A stretch of 64,000 nucleotides of DNA from a virus. This document shows positions 44,862-55,762 of this stretch, in pieces; within the stretch, counting starts at the first letter, position 1, and every line of letters starts with the position of its first letter. The DNA is taken from positions 32,001 to 96,000 of IMG/VR virus record IMGVR_UViG_3300050821_001428. One strand, 5' to 3'. The translations under genes and the position numbers were made by a program. The notes beneath the pieces are model-generated. The model was not told where the DNA came from. It ran no database searches and saw only the letters and a list, made by a program, of their open reading frames with translations.

Positions 44862-46691
44862 TTATAAACTAAGAAGGGTCGTACCATACCCTCTGTTATT
44901 AAAGTTATCGACAACCGCTGCCGTTGCGTAGTATTGACCTATATCGGTGGCACCCTGAGTATATGTGTATATCCGTGTAGTATTAGGCTCCCCTTGAATC
45001 CATTGATCAAATGCATATCCGCCATCACCAAATGACCATTCAATATTATAGATGGTGCCTGTATCAGAAGTAATATCTGCGGTGAACATAAATGTGTCAC
45101 CACCAAGAGATGTAGCCGTGACGGTTATATCTGACGATGGAATTACTATAGGATCGGTTGTATCAGCTACTATGCGACCTAGTTGGGCGTAATTAGGAAC
45201 TACGGTATAACCATTGTAAATCTCAGCATCTTGTTGAAGTGCCTGGGCACGCACCTGGAGTGCATATCCCGGTTGATCGAATCTGATTCCCGAATTGTTA
45301 GCATTCACCGTACTACTAAATGGTACCCACGGAGCTAAATCCTTTATATAAGGATTATTGTCTGTAACGCGCCCGGACCAAGATACCGCCTCCGATGTAA
45401 TTTGTAAATTATCAATCCATGCGGTAGTAGCTCCACCACCAACGTAGAGCACGGCGAATTTATACAATCCCGATGGGATAAGTCTGTTAATAGGAACGGG
45501 TGTGGACAAAATAGTATTAATATTCTCGGTGAGAACAAACGGAGTTACATTAGGATTCACCAGTACGCTAATCACACCATGATTCCACTTATTAGGGACA
45601 ATTGAAGGTAGTTGCAGCGGTATACCATATCCTTGTTCGTTAATCAATAAACCAATGAAGGGGTTTAGTGTATTAGCTATCGCGCTGGATTCAATCCATA
45701 TATCAAAGCTGGCACTGATAGCATTATAATCTGTAATTCCAGATATATCATCTCCAATTGGAGTAAGAGGTTGGGTAGTCAACCCTTGAAAAGTCTCCGT
45801 AGCTGCGCTTTGGCCAAATACTATTCTAGAACTTTGGCCTGTCGTAGTGCGTCCCGAATCCAAAGTAACAGTAGGTGTTATGCCGTCTGAACTAGTGACC
45901 GTCATGAATGGAGGATAGAATAATTGTGTAGGAGGGGTATTCTGGGCGTATAGCTGGGCACCGATAACTGGCGTGTGACTATTAAAGGTATTAGACTCAA
46001 ACTCCGCAAACATGGTGTGATATGGACGTAGCGAATATACTGCCGCACCGGTATCCAAGGTATTTACGTTGATTCCCACATGGCCCGGGATACGACAGAA
46101 TACAGATGTATCTTTAATAGGCGCGGATGTAAATACCGGGGCATCAAGATACCCCTGGTTGTTAAACGGATATATAGATACTTCAATTGTCTCATCATCT
46201 AGTATCGCATATAGTAAGTAATTAGTATTAGGGTTTAATTCAGACGTATGTAAGATATCGCCACTTACCAAGGTGTTGTATTGATAAACAATCGGGCTGG
46301 TACTATTGCTTAGCGATATTTGGTAACCTATGATTCCATCGAAATCTCCCCATTGAAGATTTACTTGAATATTGAAGGCATTAGGTGCTGGGGTACCCTG
46401 TAGACTAGGAGGCAATGTATCGTTACTAGCTAGTGCATATCCATCAAGGGTACCAACTAATTGATTATTGAGTGTGGCTTCGGTCACCGGTACATTCTCA
46501 TTGCCACGAAGATATAATGTAATATTATTACGATTTATTTGGGCACCGCTATTAAATTTAATGCCAATAGTAGAGTTTATTGGTTGTGGATCATCAACGC
46601 CTGGACTATCGGCACTAATCCATTCTACCCCACCTGTATTTGTTATGCCACTTGGCCAGACCTTGGTGATAGGAACATTAACTGGAGGCAT
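44862..46691 (-). CDS. Minor tail protein with PKD-like domain
   Basis: Beta-rich, WSFGDG motif. Confidence 0.6.
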   Translation of the reverse strand: MPPVNVPITKVWPSGITNTGGVEWISADSPGVDDPQPINSTIGIKFNSGAQINRNNITLYLRGNENVPVTEATLNNQLVGTLDGYALASNDTLPPSLQGTPAPNAFNIQVNLQWGDFDGIIGYQISLSNSTSPIVYQYNTLVSGDILHTSELNPNTNYLLYAILDDETIEVSIYPFNNQGYLDAPVFTSAPIKDTSVFCRIPGHVGINVNTLDTGAAVYSLRPYHTMFAEFESNTFNSHTPVIGAQLYAQNTPPTQLFYPPFMTVTSSDGITPTVTLDSGRTTTGQSSRIVFGQSAATETFQGLTTQPLTPIGDDISGITDYNAISASFDIWIESSAIANTLNPFIGLLINEQGYGIPLQLPSIVPNKWNHGVISVLVNPNVTPFVLTENINTILSTPVPINRLIPSGLYKFAVLYVGGGATTAWIDNLQITSEAVSWSGRVTDNNPYIKDLAPWVPFSSTVNANNSGIRFDQPGYALQVRAQALQQDAEIYNGYTVVPNYAQLGRIVADTTDPIVIPSSDITVTATSLGGDTFMFTADITSDTGTIYNIEWSFGDGGYAFDQWIQGEPNTTRIYTYTQGATDIGQYYATAAVVDNFNNRGYGTTLLSL

Positions 46692-49032
46692 ATGTATCCC
46701 ACCATCCCTGATTAGTTAATGTAAAATCATTCACACTAGCATTTATCATGTCAATACCGGTTTCTGTGTATACGGTCGAATCTCCTACGACTTCTCCCTG
46801 ACTACGTAGAAATACTATATTATTCATTCCAAAGAAATATGCCTTATTGTCGGCTATAGTAGCCTGCTTCTCCATGTAACCGTGGCGACATGTATAGAAG
46901 AAGTACATATCCGGAGATAACAGTTCGCCAAGAATACTGTCTCGCTGAAGCGATGATACGGTAGTAATCGCAGGATATGTTGGTGGTGCCGCTTCAGTTA
47001 CTTGCTGGGCACCATCTATGACATTATTTATTTGATTGGCGGATATTGCACCGATAATAGTGGTGGTATCCGCCTGCACACCAAGCGCATCTTGATATGG
47101 AGACACCGTTAGGTCTATCTGCCCAAGGGTGGTATTATCCAGATTAGAGCTTGAAGAAGTAGAGTAAATAGTGGGCGACGGGACAGATGGTATCACCGGC
47201 GATTGTTGGAGATCACTAAGATCCGGGGTATATAAGGTCGTGAGCGAATCGCTTTGTACTACTACTTGATCAGTGTCCCAAGTAGGGTAATCTACTTGGG
47301 AGAAGAAATAATTCTGCACCCAACTAGGGAACGTCTTGTAATTAATTGGCAACTGGAAGGTGCCAGGATCATAAGGTTGCATCTGAGGATTCGTTAATTC
47401 TATTTTGATATATGCAGCCCCAATAGGCTGGGGTAATACTTGGGTTTCATTGCCGAAATTGCTTGTAAGGGATGCGGCCCTAGTCCACAATTTGTTCTCC
47501 CAATCATCTGAGGTCACAGGGGTTGCATCATTGCCGTTATTATCGTTAGAATAGTATATATTATAGTGTTGATTAGGAAAGATGGGATTGAGGACTAAAG
47601 CATCAACTACTATAGGATCGTCTGAAATAGGATTTGTAATAATCTGAACCGAGGATGAATCGCCAGGTTGACCTGCCCATTCACAATCAGCAGAGTCACC
47701 ATCAAAATAAGCAGTTGGTAATACGGTATCTTGGATTACACATATTCCATCAATATACATTGTTATATTCTGGGTACTAGATGAAGCACTATAACCTGTC
47801 ACGGTAACCCTAACGAGGGTGGCTCCGACAGGTGCCGGTGCGATTAGCGAAGCTAGCTGATTGCCTCCGGGGATAGCTTGGATAGTGCCAATTGAACTGG
47901 AAAGATATACTGGTGAATCCACAGTTCCCGAGTACCAGTCGTATTGTAAAACACCATAAGCGTTAGGTGGCGAAGCGCCCCAACTGATATTAGCGAATCC
48001 GGAATAATACAATCCACCTGTTACCGGAAGTAATTCATTAGTATATGCCTGGATATAGCTATGGGCTGCGACGGTATTAGCACTTAACTCTAATAGCTGA
48101 ACACCAGTTGATGCTGGGATTGTGGTTGTGGCATTTATTACAGAGAAATTAACTATAGAACCTGATGCCAGGTTATAATCCCATGTAGATGGTGTGCCGA
48201 GTACGTCGTATTCAAAACTCGGATCTGGAACAATATTCGTTTGTCCATTTTGAGATCCATTTTGGGATCTTCGCATATCGAAATATAAACTAGCAACAGC
48301 GTCCGAAGCGGGGAGAGCAGGACTCATCCAGTAATTCCCGATACCTCCGATATTTACCTGTGAAGCATTAATATTACTCACCGGGGTAGTTAGCACAACC
48401 GATCTATATGGATTATTCAAGAAATCCGTCCCGCTATCTCCCGCTAGACTTAATACCCTGAAATTACAGGATACGGGTTCGTTATCACTAGATAATGATG
48501 TTATCATATTTTGTGAGTATGGTGATGCTTCAAGATTCGTTACGATAAATCCTTGAATACGGTTATCGTATCCGCCGGTTCCTAGATGGAAGAATGGGAT
48601 ATAATCGATATCCGTACACTCTAGCTGTATAATCCAGATATTATTGATCGTGTCTGTAGTCACCGGTATAGCCTGATCAAATATAATATCGAACCAGACC
48701 ATACCGCTCTTAGATGCACCCTGGGTAGTGCCACTACCAACCTCGGTTATTTGGGATGTTACATTACCTACACCAAACACCGGTTGGGTAACGTATCCAA
48801 TCGTCCAGTTAAAAGCCGCAGTAGTTGTATCTGTGATATGGGTTAATATTTGGAACCCACTAATATCGGGGATACGTTGTTCGGCAGGGTTGGAGCCACG
48901 CGCATACCCATCTGGAAGCATGAAAGTTTGGCAAATTACACTGCTATCAGATGCATCCCATACGTGATCATAACCATAATTATAGTCAATGCTAATGCTA
49001 GAGTAGTCTCGACTTATGATATTCACATACAT
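46678..49032 (-). CDS. Minor tail/baseplate protein
   Basis: NIVPDPSFE CBM-like insert, YFDGD motif; lies in the tail operon. Confidence 0.6.
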   Translation of the reverse strand: MYVNIISRDYSSISIDYNYGYDHVWDASDSSVICQTFMLPDGYARGSNPAEQRIPDISGFQILTHITDTTTAAFNWTIGYVTQPVFGVGNVTSQITEVGSGTTQGASKSGMVWFDIIFDQAIPVTTDTINNIWIIQLECTDIDYIPFFHLGTGGYDNRIQGFIVTNLEASPYSQNMITSLSSDNEPVSCNFRVLSLAGDSGTDFLNNPYRSVVLTTPVSNINASQVNIGGIGNYWMSPALPASDAVASLYFDMRRSQNGSQNGQTNIVPDPSFEYDVLGTPSTWDYNLASGSIVNFSVINATTTIPASTGVQLLELSANTVAAHSYIQAYTNELLPVTGGLYYSGFANISWGASPPNAYGVLQYDWYSGTVDSPVYLSSSIGTIQAIPGGNQLASLIAPAPVGATLVRVTVTGYSASSSTQNITMYIDGICVIQDTVLPTAYFDGDSADCEWAGQPGDSSSVQIITNPISDDPIVVDALVLNPIFPNQHYNIYYSNDNNGNDATPVTSDDWENKLWTRAASLTSNFGNETQVLPQPIGAAYIKIELTNPQMQPYDPGTFQLPINYKTFPSWVQNYFFSQVDYPTWDTDQVVVQSDSLTTLYTPDLSDLQQSPVIPSVPSPTIYSTSSSSNLDNTTLGQIDLTVSPYQDALGVQADTTTIIGAISANQINNVIDGAQQVTEAAPPTYPAITTVSSLQRDSILGELLSPDMYFFYTCRHGYMEKQATIADNKAYFFGMNNIVFLRSQGEVVGDSTVYTETGIDMINASVNDFTLTNQGWWDTYASS

Positions 49033-51269
49033 TACGCGGCTGAGGTAAATGAAACCCCAAAACTGTTCGCAACACGGCCTATACGCAGGTTTCTAACCTC
49101 GATGCTATAAGCCGCCTGATTGCTGCCGATTTGGAAAGGCTCGCCTTGCGATGTGCGGGTAAATCCGATACGGATATAGCGTGAATAAATCATAGTATCG
49201 AGTGCATTAGTAATCGGTAGATACACAATCGTCCATGGATTGGTGTTAGATGCAGAATAAGATAATGAAGTGACACTTGGCAAGATTGTCGATATCTCTG
49301 CATCTATAAACTCTCGACTATTTGGCTGATCTAGAGATTCATAAGCCACTGAAATAGAGTATGGTTTGTTAGTAGCTTCAAAACATATGAAATTCACTGG
49401 TTGTGTAGATCCAAGATCAATCTCAAGATAATCTGTACCGGTTGCCCGTTCATATGAAGACCAGAAAGGACCGCCAGTCAGCGAGTTGTAATTAACTCCG
49501 GGTAAGTTTAAATATGATGTTGGATAAGTATCATTAATCAGTGTCACCAAATCATTTGTCACCGTAGTTATCAGAGGTTGATTCGGTTGGATAGCCTCAG
49601 CATACATGGGCTGATATATCGTTGAGCTATCCTGATACTGGGATAGCATGGGATACAGCAGTTGTTGTACCTGATTAAATTTGCCTACATGGGTATCATA
49701 ATATGAAGCCCAAAAGGGCTGAACGGATGCGGCTTGTGGTGTGTTATAATTAGGATCGACAAGCGCACCCTCATTATACGCTACGATATCAAGGATATTG
49801 TGAAAATTAGTATACTGACTCTGATAGCCGCCAGACAATTGTGGCGCTTCATGCTCTATATCTGGTTCTATCCAATTGGTTATATTATCGGGGGATGGCC
49901 AATTAACAGCCGGGTTACCAGTCACATAAGGTTGTACCGTGACATAAGCCTGATCAGCGAAATAAGAGCTTGGTGATTGACGTGTGTATAAGCTCTGTCC
50001 ATCAACGACAGATATTAGAGATGTTTGGGGACGAAGAATATCCACCGCCTCCAACATCAATGCCAGGTCAGCCTCGGCAAAATTAATCCCTAACCCATCG
50101 ATATCTGTGCCCGCTATACCTACATCAACAATAGGGGTAGTCGCCGGGGTAAGGCCCGACGATCCGCTCGTTACATCGGCTATGGTCTTGATAACCAATG
50201 ACCCAATACTGGTATTAGCAAGTTCCCCGGTAAAGATCACCTGGATAGGTTTATAAGGCAATGGACCACCTAGACAAACTACATTTTGTAATCCGCCGAT
50301 AATAGGCAGTACACCAAGTGCTTCACGTACTGTGTCAGCCGTGGCATTATAAGGGATTGGTGCTGTCTCAGCGCGACTAATAGATATTCCTCCGGTAAAT
50401 GTGGCACCGGTTGTGTATACGGGGTTTGTAGTTATAGTGTGACTACCGAGGATAGCTGTGCATGTCCACACGTTACTTGGATTACCGCCGTCGATATTTG
50501 GGCCATAAAACCAACCATTAGCTGAGAACAATTTGCTATTGGGGACAGTGACCGTACCATCAGCATTAAATGTCATAGATATTTTGGAGGTTACGAAAGG
50601 TGGCCCGATAGGAACAATGATTGTAAATTCCCCACTAGTAGGAATAGTCGAGAACTCAAATGTCTGTGCTACATTTTGAGGTATATTATTACGAGGTATG
50701 AGGACAACTTCATCTAAACTATCAGTAGATCCCAAATAAGGTAAGCGAAGGGGCGCATCTGTGTACTGATCGACTAATGCCTTGTAATTCTCTATTGCCT
50801 CGACGTTCTGCCCTAGTCCCGAGGATGCGGTTAGAGAAATACCTAAAACACTACCACCTGCGCGAACCGCCTGAATCCATAAACGGGCGCGGTTGCGGAA
50901 TGAGGCATCTGCTGCTAGTATTTGCGCCCTTTGTGCCACCGGTAAAAGTTGCGCCTGGGCGTCCCACAAGTATGATTCCTCAGTTAGACGCTGAAAACCA
51001 AACGCACCTGTATATAAGGCATCTAGATTAGCATCTGTAATATTACCTGCTTCGGTCTGAAGACGTTCAAGAAAGTATGACTCTTCAAGTAGTCCGGCAC
51101 CAGCCGGACCTAGCAATGCATACATCAGGATCGATAAATGCGAATCTACAGATTTGTTATAAACCGCATCCGGGAAATTACTAAGGAATGTAGAACTATT
51201 CGAAGCCCCATTCAGCGCATCGATAAAGAAACTTTGGTCGATTATGTTCGTAAGAATCGGCGCAGACAT
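49032..51269 (-). CDS. Baseplate wedge protein
   Basis: LDALYTGAFGFQR...DASFRNR, directly after baseplate J. Confidence 0.6.
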   Translation of the reverse strand: MSAPILTNIIDQSFFIDALNGASNSSTFLSNFPDAVYNKSVDSHLSILMYALLGPAGAGLLEESYFLERLQTEAGNITDANLDALYTGAFGFQRLTEESYLWDAQAQLLPVAQRAQILAADASFRNRARLWIQAVRAGGSVLGISLTASSGLGQNVEAIENYKALVDQYTDAPLRLPYLGSTDSLDEVVLIPRNNIPQNVAQTFEFSTIPTSGEFTIIVPIGPPFVTSKISMTFNADGTVTVPNSKLFSANGWFYGPNIDGGNPSNVWTCTAILGSHTITTNPVYTTGATFTGGISISRAETAPIPYNATADTVREALGVLPIIGGLQNVVCLGGPLPYKPIQVIFTGELANTSIGSLVIKTIADVTSGSSGLTPATTPIVDVGIAGTDIDGLGINFAEADLALMLEAVDILRPQTSLISVVDGQSLYTRQSPSSYFADQAYVTVQPYVTGNPAVNWPSPDNITNWIEPDIEHEAPQLSGGYQSQYTNFHNILDIVAYNEGALVDPNYNTPQAASVQPFWASYYDTHVGKFNQVQQLLYPMLSQYQDSSTIYQPMYAEAIQPNQPLITTVTNDLVTLINDTYPTSYLNLPGVNYNSLTGGPFWSSYERATGTDYLEIDLGSTQPVNFICFEATNKPYSISVAYESLDQPNSREFIDAEISTILPSVTSLSYSASNTNPWTIVYLPITNALDTMIYSRYIRIGFTRTSQGEPFQIGSNQAAYSIEVRNLRIGRVANSFGVSFTSAA

Positions 51270-54200
51270 TAGTTGATTACTGGTCTATAAAATGTGTTCT
51301 CGGCGCGTGTCTGAGCAATCAAACCTGGCAACGTGTCGCCTGCAACCATACCCATTGGTAAGGCGGGAAGCTCGTCATCCATTAGAAAGAAATCGGTATT
51401 ATATAGATATATACCCTGGGAAATAGTATTCAATACAGTAGGTACAACTGGCTGTGGGGGAGTAACAACCCCGCCAGTTGTCAATATCCCTGACGGGACT
51501 CCACCAGCTATAGTGTTACACCCTGTAAACGTTGTGCTTGTTGTACCTGTATAAGAAATTACAGCGATACCATTACCAGTCTCAACATTGATCGTTCCGG
51601 TCGTTGGATATGCGGGTGATACGGTAGTAGAGGCAACGTTTAGCACACCGGACCCGGTAAAGGTAGATACATCAATATTATTAGATCCGGACGCCACGGT
51701 AGTCGCGGGAGTAGCGTAAGTAACCAGATATTGCGTGTATGGATTAAGAGTATCCGGAGATCGATATAGCTGTGTGACTGTAACCCCATTTTGATATGGC
51801 AATGCAAAACTTTCTATTACCGTGTTGATTGCAGTTTGTATATCCGAAGCTGAGGCCGTGTAAGATATAGGATTGGTTGTAAATGTCCCTAGCACGCTAT
51901 CATTCCATGTTAATCTGTAATTATCGGTTGAACCGAAATTAGCCCCGGTGACCTGGAGGGTAAAGGATGCTTTGTTAGCCGATGAGTATGGGGCATAACG
52001 GTCTGTTTGAACCCCAGCTAGAGGATTTCCGTTAATATCGGTTTCAATCACTCTAATCTGATTTGGTGGAGTAGGTAGGTCATTGCTCCAGCGTACATTT
52101 TGCACACCAGATACGGCACCAATCTGCTCCAAGATGCTAGATAGCTGTACAATCGTTCCAAAATACTGATTATTAAGATAATTAGATAAGGTTGACGTGA
52201 TAGCTGACTGCACACCGGCAGCGCCAGCATTTTGTGCGTACATTAAGGTAACGTCAAATTTGAAATAACGTATCTTAGCACCATGCGCCAGCACATCTGT
52301 AGTTACAGGAGATTGTGCGTCATAGGTCGCCTGCATATTGATGATATTCGCATCGTTGGAATAATTATCTACTTCAATAGGAAGTTTACTCTGACCATAA
52401 TTCATCACCGTAGATGTGCTATCCCCACCGGGTAGATATCCGGAGTTGTCGATAGGTGGTGTAGTTTGATTGTCGCCCCAGAATTGATAGGACCATTCAA
52501 TACCATCCCGGCCTCTAATGCTATTAGCTAACTCATCGATTTCATGGACTAACCAATAATGTACGTCCAAGAAGAAGGTTGCGCCGTCTGGTCCTGTAAT
52601 AGAAGCTGGTAAGCTTGTGATAGGGGGATTGAAAAGAGGGGTCCAGTGATTACCAATGTTAGGACGACGCTCGGGTTCGCCATCTCTACGGAAATTATCT
52701 ACATAAAACGGACTAGATGTCGTGTTAGTAAAGATTGCAGTCAGCGGGTTCGTGCTAGATGATGGGGGCATGAATACGCACGATGTCTGCTGGGGATTAG
52801 ATCCATTGACGTATACATCAATACAGTTATTAAGATTAATATTTAGATTATTACGTGATGCCGTCGAGACATAGCGGAATTCAGACTGGATCACTTGGCC
52901 AGGGGTAAGGGTCTGCACGGTGATTAGATTATCTGCTGGGTTAACTATTTCTGAATTAGTTACCCATTCCCCAGTAGTCGTATCAAATAGTCTTGTGTAT
53001 TGGCCAGTAGCGACATCAATAACGCTATTGATATTAGTAAACGTGAAATTAGGACGTTCTTCCGTATCGGTGGGAATTAGGTAGATCGGGTATCCAACAA
53101 ATGTCTTAGCTGTTCCACCATACGTCGGGACTGTGTTACAACCCGTAAACTCCGGTGTATACTGACCGCCACTCGTATTGATATCGATGTTTGTATAAGT
53201 GACCGTGTACCAATTAAGATCACTAGCATATAGGTATAAAGATCCTGAGGTTGGGAAACCTGTGGTGGATTCTACCGGTATTGCGAAATTAGTCCCGTTT
53301 AGCGAAATCTCGCCCGTAGAAGGAGGGCCAGCCGCAGTAGTCACATGTTCGCGCAACGCATCTCCTTGTAGGAGAGGTGGGGTATTATATGTATAATCTA
53401 CATCCTGTTGGTAGTAGTAGGTGCCCGTACCATTATCAGAAATAAATGTAGGAATAGAAGTGAAAAGATTCTTTGCGTACGGAATATCGGATAGTGCCGT
53501 GGTCCATAAACCACCGGCACTTGCGCCAGCGGTCATCGCTTGAATATTCCCATTGATCAATTGGATAGAGCTATTAACAATCCCTGCATCATCGGCGTTA
53601 GGGACTTGGATATATTCGATAAATGTAGATTGTTGACCAATACATACAGCTTTGGTAGTAAATGCCCCTGCAAGAGCTACTGCTAGATATGAACTGGTTG
53701 TACCAGATAGGTTGCGCGCCCATGTGTTCTGGAAACGCGATTTAAAGATATCATCATCTTCCGGATCTAATCCATTTGTAATCGCCGTAGGATTAGATAC
53801 CGATGAAACTCCTGCGGGGATTGTCCCTACAAACTGATTTAAGGCACCAGCAGGAACGTTTGTCGCAACACCAGCGGTAACGGCCTGCACTGGTACAGGG
53901 GCGCTAGCGGTTTCGCCTTGGGCAATTGTTCCCGGGGAGGATGTAGAGTATTGTACGGTTGTCGGGCTATTAGTATTAACACCATTAGCTTGAATTACCA
54001 ACCCTTGTGAGATAGTAATGTTAGTAGGGGCGGGGGATGGCCGTCTAAACACAACATAACCCTGGGCGGGCGTAGCCTTCTGGCGTTGCATACCAAAATT
54101 AGCTGTAAATTGATCAAGTTGGGAGCCGACCTTTGAGTTAATATTCAAGGCGTTAGATAGCCCCGTCATGTTTACTTGGCTAGCGGCAAGCGTCTGGGCT

Positions 54201-54319
54201 ACAGACGAGAACATCTTGTATTCTGGACTTCCAACCGCGCCACTAAAGCTAGGATCAAGCAAGCGGGCTTGTACTATCATCTGGTTTAGCCAGTCGTCTG
54301 CTGTTAATACGATAGACAT
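51269..54319 (-). CDS. Baseplate J-like protein
   Basis: LDQFTANFGMQRQKATPAQG, AVTAG..TNV.AG, GLDPEDDDIFKSR. Confidence 0.85.
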   Translation of the reverse strand: MSIVLTADDWLNQMIVQARLLDPSFSGAVGSPEYKMFSSVAQTLAASQVNMTGLSNALNINSKVGSQLDQFTANFGMQRQKATPAQGYVVFRRPSPAPTNITISQGLVIQANGVNTNSPTTVQYSTSSPGTIAQGETASAPVPVQAVTAGVATNVPAGALNQFVGTIPAGVSSVSNPTAITNGLDPEDDDIFKSRFQNTWARNLSGTTSSYLAVALAGAFTTKAVCIGQQSTFIEYIQVPNADDAGIVNSSIQLINGNIQAMTAGASAGGLWTTALSDIPYAKNLFTSIPTFISDNGTGTYYYQQDVDYTYNTPPLLQGDALREHVTTAAGPPSTGEISLNGTNFAIPVESTTGFPTSGSLYLYASDLNWYTVTYTNIDINTSGGQYTPEFTGCNTVPTYGGTAKTFVGYPIYLIPTDTEERPNFTFTNINSVIDVATGQYTRLFDTTTGEWVTNSEIVNPADNLITVQTLTPGQVIQSEFRYVSTASRNNLNINLNNCIDVYVNGSNPQQTSCVFMPPSSSTNPLTAIFTNTTSSPFYVDNFRRDGEPERRPNIGNHWTPLFNPPITSLPASITGPDGATFFLDVHYWLVHEIDELANSIRGRDGIEWSYQFWGDNQTTPPIDNSGYLPGGDSTSTVMNYGQSKLPIEVDNYSNDANIINMQATYDAQSPVTTDVLAHGAKIRYFKFDVTLMYAQNAGAAGVQSAITSTLSNYLNNQYFGTIVQLSSILEQIGAVSGVQNVRWSNDLPTPPNQIRVIETDINGNPLAGVQTDRYAPYSSANKASFTLQVTGANFGSTDNYRLTWNDSVLGTFTTNPISYTASASDIQTAINTVIESFALPYQNGVTVTQLYRSPDTLNPYTQYLVTYATPATTVASGSNNIDVSTFTGSGVLNVASTTVSPAYPTTGTINVETGNGIAVISYTGTTSTTFTGCNTIAGGVPSGILTTGGVVTPPQPVVPTVLNTISQGIYLYNTDFFLMDDELPALPMGMVAGDTLPGLIAQTRAENTFYRPVIN

Positions 54320-54781
54320 TTAGCCACCCACACTCGATGTTAGTAGTGATGTGCCAGAACCGGTTGTTAATGTCGCGGTCATATGTACCATTGTTTCTAC
54401 TTGTTGAATATTAATATTTGAAACACCTAGTAATGCCTCACCAGCGGTCAGTGTGGAAGATCCGTAGGTCGAGAGATCATTCTGGTTACGTTGAACCTGT
54501 AGCATTTGATAGTTCTGACAAATACGTTGAATTTCAGCCTGAATCATAGCGGCTACATCCTGATCGTTATTACTACCAATTAATCCATGGTAAACATTAC
54601 CATCGGCATCAATTCCGCCTTCGATGATAGACCCAAAATTAGGATCATTATAATCTGTACCTAGGGGTTCAAGAATGCAGCAAGACAGGTCTTGCACAAG
54701 TTTGTTTGCACCTGTTACGGTATTCAAACCCTTTGGGCCGTAGGAGATATCTCCATTAGATATTGCTAGTGACCAACTCAT
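54320..54781 (-). CDS. gp25-like baseplate wedge subunit
   Basis: KLVQDL...EPLGT...PNFGS. Confidence 0.7.
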   Translation of the reverse strand: MSWSLAISNGDISYGPKGLNTVTGANKLVQDLSCCILEPLGTDYNDPNFGSIIEGGIDADGNVYHGLIGSNNDQDVAAMIQAEIQRICQNYQMLQVQRNQNDLSTYGSSTLTAGEALLGVSNINIQQVETMVHMTATLTTGSGTSLLTSSVGG

Positions 54782-54811
54782 TCAATGATTACACTTGTGT
54801 AGTAGTAAAAA

Positions 54812-55735
54812 TCATGAACCGTGGACAATAAACCAATTGACAACGCTTACCGGAGGTAGAATATTCATAGGGGTACTGCTACCCACCGAGGAAGTGATAG
54901 CCTCCCCGCCATAATGCGAGACACCGTTTAAGGGAGGTGAGTTGCTATCTCCCCCTAGCCAGATACTAGTTGTGTCACTACCATGGCTGATATCTAATCC
55001 GGTAGTATGCGTGTGGCTCGTTATCTCCGATGTTAGCTGTACATGAGATTGCTCTCCACCCGGGCCATATACCGGTTCGTTACCAATATCCCAAGTAGTT
55101 CCGTGGTCAGCATCGCTAACACCAGCGCCCAAAGGTACACGTCCGGTAAGTTTAGGCACCCTTAGACCACTTCCAGATTTATACGCCGGGTGAATATTAG
55201 CGAATAGATTAGGGTAATCTGTCTCGGCGTTAGGGTAGAACTGTCCATCGCATAATAGGGCACCTGGGTAAGTAGCCGTCGCAGCCGGGACTAACGCCCC
55301 TGGTCTAATTGGCATCAATTGTGTAACAACACCCGCATGAGAGTAAGCTAGATTTTCTCCGTTAAAAAATATCTCAAAGTCAACATTGTTGTTATCGGCG
55401 TCGGGGATACTACCAACGACCGCCACCTTACCCGTGTCTGAGTTTAGAACTAAATCACCTTGGTCGTAATCTGTAAAGGAATTCGCCGCAGCCGTCTGCT
55501 GGGGAAATAATCCATCCAAATACCAAGACCCGTTATATTGAATAACCATCCATGTTTCCCCAACCACCGGCCAACGAAAAGCAGGGGAGATATTATATAA
55601 ACAAATCTGGATGGCTTTACCGGATTTGATAGCGCCTTCGATGATAGGCGCGGGCGCTCCGATTGACGTTGTAGCATTAGGATCAACCGTGGTTATTACG
55701 CATGTGTATCTAATTGTACCCGATTGTATAGCCAT
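54812..55735 (-). CDS. Baseplate spike / tail-collar domain protein
   Basis: P.VGETW N-terminus; LLCDG..Y...YPNLF...VPKLTGRVPLGAG collar motif. Confidence 0.7.
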   Translation of the reverse strand: MAIQSGTIRYTCVITTVDPNATTSIGAPAPIIEGAIKSGKAIQICLYNISPAFRWPVVGETWMVIQYNGSWYLDGLFPQQTAAANSFTDYDQGDLVLNSDTGKVAVVGSIPDADNNNVDFEIFFNGENLAYSHAGVVTQLMPIRPGALVPAATATYPGALLCDGQFYPNAETDYPNLFANIHPAYKSGSGLRVPKLTGRVPLGAGVSDADHGTTWDIGNEPVYGPGGEQSHVQLTSEITSHTHTTGLDISHGSDTTSIWLGGDSNSPPLNGVSHYGGEAITSSVGSSTPMNILPPVSVVNWFIVHGS

Positions 55736-55762
55736 ACTAATTATGTTACTGATCCGTAGATT